Notes: a model not told the origin generated them from the sequence alone. Counted from the first letter of the stretch, positions 1 through 13,266 are shown. The stretch: DNA of 64,000 nucleotides from Octopus bimaculoides (GCF_001194135.2 NC_068998.1:21370696-21434695); one strand, 5' to 3'. Numbers and translations: made by a program.

Positions 1-58
1 TCTCATGATGAAGGCAACATACATACACATGTGCATATACATACACACACACGCGCAC

Positions 59-112
<54 letters not shown>

Positions 113-480
113 GTATATATAACTTATAAGTGAGCAATTAATACATCTGTAGACATGCATACGTGTATATGTATACATGTACGTGTGTAGATACATACAT
201 TATTCATACAACACATTAACTGAAGGCTTAAATGAGGATATATCTAATACATCACTGCTCTAATATAATCATTTTACCGAAATGTCAGGGGTACATATTC
301 ATTCAGTTGTGAAAATTTATGTTCATATCAGAAATTGTTATTTCAATCTCACATCCAACCAATTGCATCGACACAAACACACACATAGGAACACATATAC
401 ATTCGCACGAACACACGCATGCACACACACACACACACACACACGCACACACACACACACACGTATATGTCTATGAGTAC

Positions 481-484
<4 letters not shown>

Positions 485-536
<52 letters not shown>
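485..536 (+). repeat. (TATC)n microsatellite; example of the dozens of (CA)n, (TA)n, (ATGT)n and (TATC)n arrays in the window
   Basis: Directly visible perfect tetranucleotide array. Confidence 0.97.
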
Positions 537-538
<2 letters not shown>

Positions 539-1507
539 CACACACGCGCAGACACAAATACAGGGGTCTAAAGGAAAGAACATCACAGAGAGGTCTCTCC
601 CCTTGAAATATGCCTCTGCGACATGTATGTATGTATGTATGTATGTATGTACAGAGAATATGATGTTGCACAGCCGCCAGAACAAGGTCATAAATTTGCC
701 AACTTGATTGCATGATATTATATAAATAGAAATTTTCATGGATAAAAATTTGAAATAAATTTAGAATTTCAGTTTGTTTCCTGGAAATTATGGTTACATA
801 TAAATTCTTTTTGGAATTAACCAATTATATATGAAAGAGCGCTGCTATTATGTGGTGTAGCATTTTCAACGAGATGGATAAAATATTGGGTTGCTGCAGT
901 TTTATTGAAATGATGTATTTCTATTTTTCCTATATGAAGAATTTCTGTTGTTCCCAGTTATACTTGTAGCAAGGTTTTGGATATAATCGTAGGTGATTTT
1001 AAAATTATTGTAACTGAACTGCTTGTTATAAGTATCGTTGTTACATGGTTGCACATATAATGAAAGAAGTTAGCTGCCGTATTGGAGGAGAGACTGAAAT
1101 TGAAGTGGAACTGAGTGAAATAATACTTACCTGTTTTTATAATATGACACGGACTCTATCCTACTTTTCTTTGAATCTACAACCTCACGTATACACTATT
1201 ATCAACGCAGCATTCCAAATCGCAGGCATTTCCCCCGGAAAACACTTTAATCCATCTGGGCTGATGACCCTGTACAAAGATTAAACATAGCTTGTATTAG
1301 ATTCCTTCTAGTTCGGGATGAGAATGTTCTTACAAAATAAAGAAGCAGATAATTTGCAAATGATCATACGTCAAGATGACATGCTACAACACAAGCGGTT
1401 GCGTGTGCCTTTTCTCACTTTCCTCATTATTCCAATGGCATATATTCCTCTCAGATCCCAAGTTTCCGAGATCCTTTAGCTCAACAAAAGAATGATCAAA
1501 AATATTG

Positions 1508-1671
1508 TCAAGAGAAATTACGTTTCGATGGTTTATGTATTCTCGACATAATTGCCATCGACAATTCCACAAATCTTACTCTTTTATATATGTTTATAAT
1601 ACTTATTTTAACGAAACGCAAAAATTCTACCACAGGAGGAACTGTAGTTAGAAATAAGGTAAGAAAACAAC

Positions 1672-1678
<7 letters not shown>
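1508..1678 (-). pseudogene. Possible TM5-like segment of a decayed 7TM receptor (weak)
   Basis: Minus-strand frame open for ~57 codons: IYSCFLTLFLTTVPPVVEFLRFVKISIINIYKRVR..., a hydrophobic helix with Pro followed by Y-K-R. May continue the frame at 4321-4762 across the 1680-4320 repeat stack. Could be chance in AT-rich DNA. Confidence 0.2.
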
Positions 1679-1705
<27 letters not shown>

Positions 1706-1933
1706 TTATGTATGTATGTATGTATGTATGTATGTATGTATCTATCTATCTATCTATCTATATATATATATAATCACAAGGTATTGGAATCTTAAAAGTA
1801 TACCATTCTGCTTAAACAATGCATTTACAAATACAATATCCCTGCATATCTCACATCTATTTTCATTCCTCCAATTCACTCTCTATTTCCTATCTTATCT
1901 AAATTAACTATTGCTGGAATATCCTCTCACACC

Positions 1934-1981
1934 GTCTCCGATGAAGGGATATAATAAATATCCTGGAAACAGCTGTAAGAC
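1934..1981 (+). ncRNA. Minimal type-I hammerhead ribozyme fold (family A), Penelope-LTR type; core CCGAUGA (U4->C in this copy)
   Basis: Stem I GUCU(1934-37)/AGAC(1978-81); core CCGAUGA; extra A; stem II GGGAUAU/AUAUCCU; GAAA; palindromic stem III ACAGCUGU; cleavage triplet GUA ending at 1977. Confidence 0.75.
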
Positions 1982-2001
1982 CTTCTATTTATAATAGACG
2001 G

Positions 2002-2349
2002 GATCAGACAATAAGCATAAGCCAGTGTCAACTGTGGTCCCAGAAATTCCGAGACGGAAACTACAGCGTAGAAGACGAGCCTCATCCTGCAAGACTTGTA
2101 GAGCTCGAGCAAAACGTCCTGCAAACACTGCTGGATCAAAATCCTATCGTAACTGTTGAGAAACTAGCAGAGAAGCTTGGATTTGGTCATTCAACCATTC
2201 ATCGACACTAGCACGCCATTGGAACAGTCAGCAAATTGGGTCAATGGGTTCCTCACAAACTTTCTGAGTTTAACCGCGCGCAGGCAGTGAATGCATGCTC
2301 TCACCTCTCAAAAATGAAACATTTCGGGACCGAATACTGACTGGTGAAC
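2002..2349 (+). mobile_element. mariner transposase fragment (second HTH to first catalytic D region), pseudogenised
   Basis: Translates DQTISISQCQLWSQKFRDGNYSVEDEPHPARLVELEQNVLQTLLDQNPIVTVEKLAEKLGFGHSTIHRH*HAIGTVSKLGQWVPHKLSE, then frameshifts to FRDRILTGE. WVPHKL matches the mariner WVPHEL linker motif. Confidence 0.9.
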
Positions 2350-2649
2350 TCTCTGTTTGTTGTAGTCACAACTTCTCCTGCTGACAAACTGTATTTCTTG
2401 TTTGTTCTATTTTCCTATCATTTTATTTTTGCAGTGCGATTTTATATGTCCTGTAAAGCCGGAGCGGAAACACTTTGCTTTTTTTATACGAACAGCTTTT
2501 TACTGGGCAGGGTATACAGTGTCTCTATAAAACACAGATACACACACACACACACACACGCACACACACACACATCTAGGTATCCATATCTGCATAACTG
2601 TATCGATGCATATTTAGATTTATGTAAATAGCCATGTGTGTTAGCATGA

Positions 2650-2976
2650 AAATTACAGAAAAACAAAAGACGAAGACAGGTGTATGAACAACAAGTAGGT
2701 GTATTAGATTGATGCCCGCGAAAGTCTTTTACGCTTCGAGCCTACACATTTCAACAGAATGGAATAAGAGAAAATAAACAGAGAGTGAAAAAAAAACTTG
2801 TGGATTTAGCGATCAAGCATGGCGGCGGGTTGGGAAAAAATGGTTTGACAGGTGAGGCAGAAAAAAGGGGAGGTAATAATATATTGGCGATCCCAAAACG
2901 AAGCTGTGCGTGTCTGTGTGTATGTCAGAATGTGTAAGTGTGTGTGTGGATATAGGCTAGTTATTGTGGCGTGTGG

Positions 2977-3026
<50 letters not shown>

Positions 3027-3934
3027 ATGATGGTGTGTGGTGTGGGTGCGTGGAAGTGATCAGTACTGGTGAGTGTGGAGTGGTGTGGGGTGGTGTTATG
3101 TTGTGGTGTGGTATGGGGTGTAGTGTAGGTGCAGGGGGTATCAATGTAGAGAGCTGGGTAGGAGTGAAGAGAGGAACTAGGTGTCAGATGAGGAGAGGAG
3201 GGGAGTGGAGCCTATGTAAGGCAAAGGAACGAAGAGAGAAGATTAATTCCTGTTCACCGCAAAGGTCGGACTCCGGATGCTCCCTTGTCCAAAGACAATC
3301 CGAACACAGAAGGGCATTGTAGTGAAGGTCCGGTAGAGCGGAAATGGCGCAGGATCGGGGTGTCATTGCCGAGTCTGATGTCTCAGAGGTGCTCCGCGAA
3401 CTGCTCAACCAAGCGGCGTCCAGTTTGACCGATGTACAGAGAAGGGCAGAAAGAGCAGGAAATGCAATGAATGGCGTTGTTAGAAGTGCAGGTAAAGGAG
3501 TCGGTGATATGATAGGGACGATGATGGGTGCCTGTGAGGACGGTGGTGTTGGAGAGATAGGGTTAAATGCGGCAGAGTAGGTGGGGGCAGAGGAACGAAC
3601 CAGGTTGGGAGGTGAGGTTGTGCAGGTTGTGCGCTCGTTTGAGGGAAGTGGTATGTTGGGGAAGGTGTACGACGCGGAAGGAGTTGTACGACTGGACAGG
3701 AGTCGCTCGAAAGCTCGGAGAATGTTGCGTTGGAGGGGCAGGGTTGAGGAGTGGCAGGTGAGGGGAAACGAGAGACGGGAAACAGTGGAACGGGTGTGGG
3801 GAGAGAGAGAGCAGAGGCACGGTCCACGGAAGTGCTCTGGCAAGGGTGGTGTGGATAGTGGTGAGGGGATATCCATGAAGGATGAAGTAGTGAGCCATAA
3901 GCCGAGATAGAGTCTCAAAGTCATGGTTGTCACT
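2650..3934 (-). mobile_element. Penelope-like retroelement: RT C-terminus, GIY-YIG endonuclease and 3' end; runs into an N-gap
   Basis: Minus frames give SDNHDFETLSRLMAHYFILHGYP... and a frameshifted C-x-x-C/YIGQT-type GIY-YIG region. The endonuclease region and 3' end (2650-2810) are homologous to 27483-28470, and the 3' end also to 43290-43595. It includes a degenerate hammerhead at ~2726-2760. Confidence 0.85.
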
Positions 3935-4242
3935 NNNNNNNNNNNNNNNNNNNNNNNNNNNNNNNNNNNNNNNNNNNNNNNNNNNNNNNNNNNNNNNNNN
4001 NNNNNNNNNNNNNNNNNNNNNNNNNNNNNNNNNNNNNNNNNNNNNNNNNNNNNNNNNNNNNNNNNNNNNNNNNNNNNNNNNNNNNNNNNNNNNNNNNNNN
4101 NNNNNNNNNNNNNNNNNNNNNNNNNNNNNNNNNNNNNNNNNNNNNNNNNNNNNNNNNNNNNNNNNNNNNNNNNNNNNNNNNNNNNNNNNNNNNNNNNNNN
4201 NNNNNNNNNNNNNNNNNNNNNNNNNNNNNNNNNNNNNNNNNN

Positions 4243-4274
<32 letters not shown>

Positions 4275-4320
4275 CAAATAACAAATGAGTATATGCATAT
4301 ATACGTACATGTATGTACAT

Positions 4321-4762
4321 ACTTACATCTACCTGTATATATAGATGTATATCTGGGTACAGGACATTGTAAACAAAGCGTAGACAAAATGATAAACGAG
4401 TACAGAAAACACACAGGCCACATAAACAACATCTCCTTTATCAGCTGCCCCCGTGTGATTTCCTCCATGTCTATAATGCAGTAGATGGTGTATATTACAT
4501 ATCGGTTGAACGACAAAATAGTCTAAATAAGAATTCCGTAATGTATTCCTGGGTACACATTTCCAACAAAGTTTTGCGGATTAATTAAAACTGGAACGTC
4601 TTTGGTAATAGGTTTGATAATGACTTCGAGTGAATCAACAACAAGAGAAATGCATAACATAAATTTGAACAATTCTATTAATGTTTCGAAGTTAAATATA
4701 TTTACAAATTCAAAAGAATGATGTAAATGGGAAATTATGTTATTATGAGATAGCTCAATTGG
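4321..4762 (-). pseudogene. Class-A GPCR-like TM2-TM4 reading frame with one in-frame stop (or a spliced exon 4331-4522); tentative
   Basis: About 147 codons with a single TAG (4523-4525): ...FKFMLCISLVVDSLEVIIKP...VYPGIHYGILI*TILSFNRYVIY...ITRGQLIKEMLFMWPVCFLYSFIILS...YTGRC. Has a D in a TM2-like helix, NRY at the DRY position and W 28 residues later (4.50 spacing). Lacks the usual ECL1/TM3 Cys. Confidence 0.3.
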
Positions 4763-6353
4763 TCAGACTTTGCTATATCTTGTCCCTGTTTTTCTGGATA
4801 AGATAGCGCAATTAATCAGCAATTGATAGGTTACAAATTTATGTTCTTATACATCAATGCGAAGTTCATATTTCTTCTTTTTCTTTATTGAGAGGAGATA
4901 TGATTCACAAATGAACATCTGTAAAAAAAAAAATGTAATATAAATATGATATGAAGAAAAGTCAACATAGTTAAATACTCAATATTGCATTTTTGAGCTA
5001 CTTATGTATACACAAAAATATAGGAAAGAGCATTAAAAGCCTACAGCTTATCAGTATCGAACGAACCCCTTCCGAACCAGACATACTTAATAATAAACTA
5101 AGGCGTTCATATTCATATTTTAAAATAGTTTTTAACTTTGTAAATCCCTTTATATTCATATACCAACTGAAATCAATTCTTCACAAGAAGTTAACAGGCG
5201 CTGAATCGATTTCATCAGTGTCTGAAAAAGAAATATTTGACCATTAGTAGAACGATTTCTGGCCACGCAGAGAATATAAATACTGACAATTCCATGATGT
5301 CTCCGAAATATAGCCTGCAAACGATTTAATTCCATATTTATGTCTAAAGATAGTAAAGATATGTCATATATCGAACCATACATTTCATAAATTTGTGACT
5401 TGTTCTCTTCAGATACACAAAGAAGCCTACAAGAAAATCTCGATGCATAAAATGACCAGACGGCTGTAAGTACAGATTTATTCACAAATATATTTATCGT
5501 ACTAAATTCAGAAAATATATATAGCGTATTAATTTAAACACAGAGCATTCGCTGTTTACCAAATTTTCTGCAGTCTATAATGGGACAGCCGATGCTAAAT
5601 GATATGTTAAAACAGTTTGGCAAAATGAAATATAGCTGTAGTGAAAACCGATTGTCAATATAACTCACTGCGTTAATTCTAAAGCCATACTATTTAATGT
5701 GCATAGAGACGGAATGTACCAAAAAGTTTTAAAATATTACAACCAATGCTTTACGAATTGCATTCGATTACATCAGATTAGCTCACTCTTACTTTTATCT
5801 TTTGTGTATCGCGGCTGACTATACTACAAAGTTAAAATAAGACGCAAATATGCTCAAATGTAGGGTGGTATATCTACTACGCTTACACATGATTTAAACA
5901 ACTTTTCACCTAATGATAAACAGCTTATTTACCAGTACTTATTCACGAACATATTAGAAAGAAAATCGGCAAATCCGGTGTTACTTCCTGTCTCTTCCCG
6001 CAATATTCTTCTGCTGCTCTGAAACTGCAAACTATGAATCTTCATCTTAATCAATTAATTCATACTCGTCTGCGGTCATCTTTTTTCCTGCAATTCAGTA
6101 CCAAATCTCACATTAATCATCTTGTAGAGTCATGTATAATTATAAACGAGGCGTTCTATTATTTGTTCTCTAGTTAGGATTTCTGTAGAAGAATTACCAC
6201 GAACACACAATAACTACAGCTATTTAGTCAGTTTGAGCTAGTTCCCCACGAATATTTAAGCTGTCGAAATACATCCCCAGACAAATCAACATTCCACATT
6301 AGAAACGATAATGAATATTTCTTTGTGCGCATTTATTTTTCTTTCTCTTTTCA

Positions 6354-6459
6354 CTGTCTTCTCTCTTTCCGCTCCTGTCTTCTCTCTTTCCTCTCCTGTC
6401 TTCTCTCTTTCCTCTCCTGTCTTCTCTCTTTCCTCTCCTGACTTCTCACTTTCCTCTCC
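6354..6459 (+). repeat. 21-bp pyrimidine-rich minisatellite (CTGTCTTCTCTCTTTCCTCTC) x~5
   Basis: Directly visible tandem copies with few substitutions. Confidence 0.9.
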
Positions 6460-8403
6460 CGTCTCTTTCGATCTAAGAGCATAATTTTACATGCATTTAA
6501 CTACGTAAATCTATTTATGTGGAACATATTTTTCACAGCAGTATTACACTCAGACTAACATTATTTACAATTAATCTTAATATAATTAAACATATTGAAT
6601 AGTCTGTGCGATAAAACCTTGAGCAAAATCAAATTCATCTACGACTAAATTAATTTAACTATTGAAGCAAACAATTAGTTAGCTATTAATGCGTCATCTT
6701 GTACTAATTAACTCGAAAATTCAAGTAAAATCACAGACTACTTTCAACTGAAACATTCAAGTCATTTGTGTTGGCTGTAAATCACGGTGGAGATTATTAG
6801 CAGATAATTAACAGAACAATGTTTTATTTTCTTGAAATATCTTAAGATGACTTGATTGAACCGTTTAAATTTATATAAATCAATCAACCAATCAATCAAT
6901 ACTGAATCGATATTTTGTTTCACTACTGCAGAGAAACAGAAATTCTGATAAAATGATTCCGTCATAAATCATATTGCCCCTGTGACATGTTTATATCTGT
7001 ATCACTAGACCATAATTCCATGCATATTTTTCCAGATTTGTTTCCGAATATTCTCTCTACTGTTACTTGAAGCTAATCTCATTTTACGATTTCAATGGAG
7101 TGTATTTCCTAGATTAAGTATAACACATCAGCTTCCCATATTTAATTTGAATCTGAAATATTACTACATTGTTAAATAATGTCTGGCTTAAAGAAAAATC
7201 GATGACTAACAATATTAGGAAACTACGGTAATTCTATTGATGAGATGTATGAAGAACAGAATTAATCCTATTGAATTGCTGGTACTATTGAAACCACACG
7301 AGATTATGAGTAGAGATAGTTCCTATATTTATCTATCAATGTATATGTATATCAGCAAGAGAGTTATAAACAATAATTAATTTTTGTGTATACTTCAATT
7401 ACAAAATATCTAATACTGGTAGATATGTATTTTTAGATATATAGTTTCTATTATTCAATCGGCGTGGAAAGAGAATATTTTGATGGGGCCTAGGTGTCCA
7501 TGGTCCACTAGAACGTTTGTAGATGGATGGGTAGTGGAAATTAATTTTAGCGTCGTATATTCATACGAGGAATTAAAATATATATTGATATATCATGTGT
7601 CACTTAAATCTCGAAAAGACGGTGCTAGACACTAGCTAAATATTGCATGTATTGTCCAGTAGTTCATGACAAGAATCTTGGAAAATCCGTTATTTGTTTT
7701 TTTTTAGGTGGATAGATGGAATATAATGTTTTTGTGTATTAGGTGCAAAATCGCAGACATGTAAACAATATTATAAATGCTTGTCGAACATGTGCTTTGT
7801 AAGGGATCGTTGAATATGAAAGGTGACATGGAATATCGTAACATACTGATATATAGTTCAAGCATTTTTAAAACATCGGTGGTTTATTTATTGTTGTTCA
7901 CGTGTAAACAAAGACGTATTGCAAAATATTATATAACTGATGTATGCAATATAAGCTAGATTCTTAAATACGGTGGATTCAGCGAACGTCTAATCTACGA
8001 TGTATAAACACTGCGTCTACTCGAGGAAAATTATGTTAAAATGAAGTGTAATATCTAGACAGGAAATGATGCAATCACTACTTACATGAAAGTCGTCGGT
8101 TTAGAAAATGATGAAAACTGTCGTAGACTATGCTAGATATTTGTCATCTCTAGGCCTATGAAATACATTCAACTTAACTGATGCTTTCACGATACAGACC
8201 TACAGGAAACTTCGAAGCAAACAACTAAGATTATTTTTTGGAGGTTCTCGAAAAAATATATAAAACATACTGCTTAAGTGTATGCCAGAACTCATCACAT
8301 TCACTGGTGAGAGCACAGGTGAATTTTCATGAATATTTTAAGAACGTTAAAACGATCAATACAGTTTACGCCATTCCATAGATTTGGACTGATACTCAGA
8401 GAG

Positions 8404-8408
<5 letters not shown>

Positions 8409-8478
<70 letters not shown>
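8409..8478 (+). repeat. (GA)n microsatellite running into an N-gap
   Basis: Directly visible. Confidence 0.97.
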
Positions 8479-9359
8479 NNNNNNNNNNNNNNNNNNNNNN
8501 NNNNNNNNNNNNNNNNNNNNNNNNNNNNNNNNNNNNNNNNNNNNNNNNNNNNNNNNNNNNNNNNNNNNNNNNNNNNNNNNNNNNNNNNNNNNNNNNNNNN
8601 NNNNNNNNNNNNNNNNNNNNNNNNNNNNNNNNNNNNNNNNNNNNNNNNNNNNNNNNNNNNNNNNNNNNNNNNNNNNNNNNNNNNNNNNNNNNNNNNNNNN
8701 NNNNNNNNNNNNNNNNNNNNNNNNNNNNNNNNNNNNNNNNNNNNNNNNNNNNNNNNNNNNNNNNNNNNNNNNNNNNNNNNNNNNNNNNNNNNNNNNNNNN
8801 NNNNNNNNNNNNNNNNNNNNNNNNNNNNNNNNNNNNNNNNNNNNNNNNNNNNNNNNNNNNNNNNNNNNNNNNNNNNNNNNNNNNNNNNNNNNNNNNNNNN
8901 NNNNNNNNNNNNNNNNNNNNNNNNNNNNNNNNNNNNNNNNNNNNNNNNNNNNNNNNNNNNNNNNNNNNNNNNNNNNNNNNNNNNNNNNNNNNNNNNNNNN
9001 NNNNNNNNNNNNNNNNNNNNNNNNNNNNNNNNNNNNNNNNNNNNNNNNNNNNNNNNNNNNNNNNNNNNNNNNNNNNNNNNNNNNNNNNNNNNNNNNNNNN
9101 NNNNNNNNNNNNNNNNNNNNNNNNNNNNNNNNNNNNNNNNNNNNNNNNNNNNNNNNNNNNNNNNNNNNNNNNNNNNNNNNNNNNNNNNNNNNNNNNNNNN
9201 NNNNNNNNNNNNNNNNNNNNNNNNNNNNNNNNNNNNNNNNNNNNNNNNNNNNNNNNNNNNNNNNNNNNNNNNNNNNNNNNNNNNNNNNNNNNNNNNNNNN
9301 NNNNNNNNNNNNNNNNNNNNNNNNNNNNNNNNNNNNNNNNNNNNNNNNNNNNNNNNTGT

Positions 9360-9590
9360 GTGTGTGTTTGGGCGCGCGTGTGTATGTATTTGTATGTTTG
9401 TACTTGTCCCCCGCTGTCGCTTGACAAACGATGTTGGTGTGATTACATCCCCGAAACTTAGTAGTTCAGCAAAAGGGACCGATAGAATAAGTACTAGGTC
9501 TTCAAAGATTAAGTTCTGGGGACAATTTTTTCGATTACAGGCGGTGCTCCAGCATGGCCGAAGTCAAATTACTGAAACCAGTAAAAGAAT
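9360..9590 (+). mobile_element. 3' half of tRNA-derived SINE family 2 (head presumably in the 8479-9356 gap)
   Basis: Reverse-complement homologue of 26765-26960 (tgtcccc...cgcttgacaa.cgatg.tggtg...gatagaataagtactagg...ggcggtgctccagcatggcc). Confidence 0.8.
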
Positions 9591-9889
9591 AAAAAAATAC
9601 ACATTTATGTTTAACTCATAATATATCTTATACACAACTTTCTATTTAAATACAATCTTTACATCTTCATGGTTTATCTATCTTTTTTACTGCCATACGA
9701 CCTTAAAGACGCTCTTCCTTACAGCCTACTTCTCCTTCTGGAGACGCAGCTTTAGATGAGACTATTGGGGTTTATGTTTTGGGCTTATTTGCACACAGCT
9801 TGGTAAATGTCTAGCTCACGCTTGCTTTAGCATTCTTCAAACTTACATACAGACACACCTACATACATGTATACGTCCACACATGCATA

Positions 9890-9967
<78 letters not shown>

Positions 9968-11399
9968 CACATTACAATTTATAACACGCATACGTATTCC
10001 CATATATATTTATTATTTCTTCCAATGCAGAGCACACTCCCATATTTGTTGAATGAAACAAGAAAAATAATACCACAATGTGGTGTCCATTATTATAAGA
10101 AGAATCATCAAAATTTGGAATATCACCATTACAATCCCAATAGAAAAGGAAATAATAACGAGGAGCCGTTTGAAAACTTGTTACGTGATAAATCAATGTC
10201 TATGGTTTGTGACAAAGATTAATGGTATTCTGGTAAAATGGAATAAAGGAAGAGAGAGAAATGAAGAGAAAATTACATTTTAAATATGAAGATGGAGTTG
10301 GGCGTTGTTAAACAGAGTAAAATATCTAGAATTGTGTAAAATATAAAAAAAGTTAAGGTATAATATATCAAACTTTTATTAAGTAAATGCTTGGTAGTTC
10401 GTAACTGAAACTCCATAGAAAGAAATATATTTTGAGATGTTTACCTTATTGTTTATTTTCTTATTTTTATTGTTATATTGTTAATGCTCAGCTCTTCGTT
10501 GGTATTGATCAAATCGACCAATGCTCAATGGTTTTCTATTCGCGACCATCCCGTTTTTTATATAAAAAATATTCTTTCCCAATGTATAATTCTTGAAGAG
10601 AGTATGGCGCAATTTCGGAAAGATTTCGTTAATACTTCTATCAGTTGCTATGATATTGTAGATACCTACTCCTCACACCGTTTTCATTGTTGTTATATGT
10701 GGTCCTGACTAAAAGATAAAAATCTGAAGGAAGTCTCTTTGCATTTTATTCTTCTGGCATACATCCATGCATATGCACATTGTATGTATGTATGTATGTA
10801 TGTATGTATGTATGTATGTATGCATAAATGTGTGTATGTATAGATGGATGGACGGATGGATGGGTGGATGTATATCTATATGATTGTGTATGTTTATGTA
10901 TGTCTGTGCGTGTGAGTGTATGTGCAATGCCACCTATTTAATTATCAAACAGATGGAGATATTGGTAATGAGAATCTAAGAAATCATTGTTAGAGAGAAT
11001 TTGCCTTGGTTTGTGATTTCTTTTATGGAAATTCTCAGATTATATCGTAGTGTTCTCTAAGCTCAGAGATTAAATTACACATAAAAGAAATCGAAATAGC
11101 TTGCTACCCGTTTTCTATACGCTAAATACAGGTATTATTTCACTGATGATTATTTCCTCAACTATATCGAGTTCACGTAAAATCTCAGTCATCTCTTGAG
11201 TTCGTTGCTGATATTTTCCAAATCTGGAATGAGTGAGTAAATAACGTGAAACTTACGAACGTATTCAATGGGGTAATAAAGAAGCAGAAATGCTCCTGTG
11301 ATGCTTTTCAAGATAACCGTGATTTGTGAGTTGAGGGAAGTTACCCACACTGCTGAAACTTGGGCTGGATGTATGTAATAAAATAGAGTAAAGATAAGC

Positions 11400-11738
11400 C
11401 ATCAAAGGGCTAGGTTGAGGCGGTCATGACCCTTTGACTTAGATGAATAACCAATCCCAACTAGTCAATATTTACAGAACCAATTGTACTGCTCGTCCTC
11501 TTTGATCACTGGATACGAAATGTGATTCGCGATATCTCCGATCGGATGTTTTTCCTGAGAAATCTTACCTTTGCACACCAATCTGTCATAAGGTGACTCA
11601 GCTACAGATGAATGAACTGGAGCAATGCGAAATAAAATGTTTTGCTCGAGAATACAGTGCACAACCAGTCACAGAATCGAAACCACGCTCTCACGATCGT
11701 GAGGGCAGCACACTTACCTCTAGACCATGCGCCTTCAC
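11400..11738 (-). mobile_element. tRNA-derived SINE family 3
   Basis: Minus strand begins gtgaaggcgcatggtctagaggt (A-box-like)...ggtttcgattc (B-box-like). Shares tgctccagttca.tca.ctg with the 41040-41345 copy. Confidence 0.7.
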
Positions 11739-12285
11739 TTGTGGTGGTACCCCGGGCCAAAGATAAAGTCTAGTTCATTATTGCCATTAATGTGAAATAC
11801 GTTTGATATACAATGATTAGAACAAGAAACCAATAAGAAATTATCTCTTGTTATTAGAAACATTAATGTATGTGTGGAAGATATAACATCTTAATAGAGC
11901 AATGGACGTGAGAAATGGTTAAATGATGATTTCAGTTCGTTGCGGCATTTACATTCGACCGATTAGGTGCGGTACTTCGTCGTCGCAAGATTAACAAGTA
12001 GATATACGTTATAAAAGATAGTCAAATCAATACATAATTCATAATATGTATTCTTGGTTAGTTGTGATTCCCCATCAAGTGTGATCTAATAGCTTGTACC
12101 ATTCTTTCTCTACTTGATTTCGGTGCCTATGCAGTTACGTCCAGACATAAAATGAATTGGTCTACTACACTTAGCTAAGCGGAACACTATATATGTAACA
12201 TCTGGATTGCGGAAAGAGGAGAGTGAAAGAGATGGGGAGAGAAAATTAGCATCTCTCTCTCTCTCTCTTTCTCGCTCATATATAT

Positions 12286-12329
<44 letters not shown>

Positions 12330-13094
12330 ACTTGGGGATGGTCATATTGCCAGTTTAGCCAATAAAAACACACGCACTGTATATTTGGTGTTAATTTNNN
12401 NNNNNNNNNNNNNNNNNNNNNNNNNNNNNNNNNNNNNNNNNNNNNNNNNNNNNNNNNNNNNNNNNNNNNNNNNNNNNNNNNNNNNNNNNNNNNNNNNNNN
12501 NNNNNNNNNNNNNNNNNNNNNNNNNNNNNNNNNNNNNNNNNNNNNNNNNNNNNNNNNNNNNNNNNNNNNNNNNNNNNNNNNNNNNNNNNNNNNNNNNNNN
12601 NNNNNNNNNNNNNNNNNNNNNNNNNNNNNNNNNNNNNNNNNNNNNNNNNNNNNNNNNNNNNNNNNNNNNNNNNNNNNNNNNNNNNNNNNNNNNNNNNNNN
12701 NNNNNNNNNNNNNNNNNNNNNNNNNNNNNNNNNNNNNNNNNNNNNNNNNNNNNNNNNNNNNNNNNNNNNNNNNNNNNNNNNNNNNNNNNNNNNNNNNNNN
12801 NNNNNNNNNNNNNNNNNNNNNNNNNNNNNNNNNNNNNNNNNNNNNNNNNNNNNNNNNNNNNNNNNNNNNNNNNNNNNNNNNNNNNNNNNNNNNNNNNNNN
12901 NNNNNNNNNNNNNNNNNNNNNNNNNNNNNNNNNNNNNNNNNNNNNNNNNNNNNNNNNNNNNNNNNNNNNNNNNNNNNNNNNNNNNNNNNNNNNNNNNNNN
13001 NNNNNNNNNNNNNNNNNNNNNNNNNNNNNNNNNNNNNNNNNNNNNNNNNNNNNNNNNNNNNNNNNNNNNNNNNNNNNNNNNNNNNNNNNNNNNT

Positions 13095-13192
13095 GTGTCT
13101 TTGTATGGCTTGTAAACACCTTCCACGCTGTAATTGATTTTGTTTCAGCACACGATCTCAGATCAACTCACCTGGTATGCAAGTGCATCTCC

Positions 13193-13197
<5 letters not shown>
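13095..13197. repeat. Unclassified interspersed repeat, second copy at ~26377-26470
   Basis: ggctt.taaacaccttc.acgctg.aattg.tttt..ttcagcacacgatctcagatca..tca.ctg.tatgcaagt..atctc.gtaa is present at both loci. Confidence 0.8.

Positions 13198-13266
<69 letters not shown>

Noticed and set aside
821-1660. Plus-strand GPCR-like readings (YERALLLC..., NSTNLTLLY)
   Set aside because: Stop density in the 821-1113 frame is near random, and the motifs need several frameshifts to line up.
3344-3910. Plus-strand ORFs of 78, 64 and 109 aa
   Set aside because: They are antisense shadows of the minus-strand Penelope coding region.
8108-8181. Box C (ATGATGA) ... box D (CTGA) snoRNA-like spacing
   Set aside because: There is no proper terminal stem, no convincing C'/D' boxes and no recognisable rRNA guide.
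8329-9621. Long ORFs of 240-430 aa here and at 3184-4516, 12110-13151, 49521-49957 and similar
   Set aside because: They are open only because they run through N-gaps (X residues) and microsatellites.
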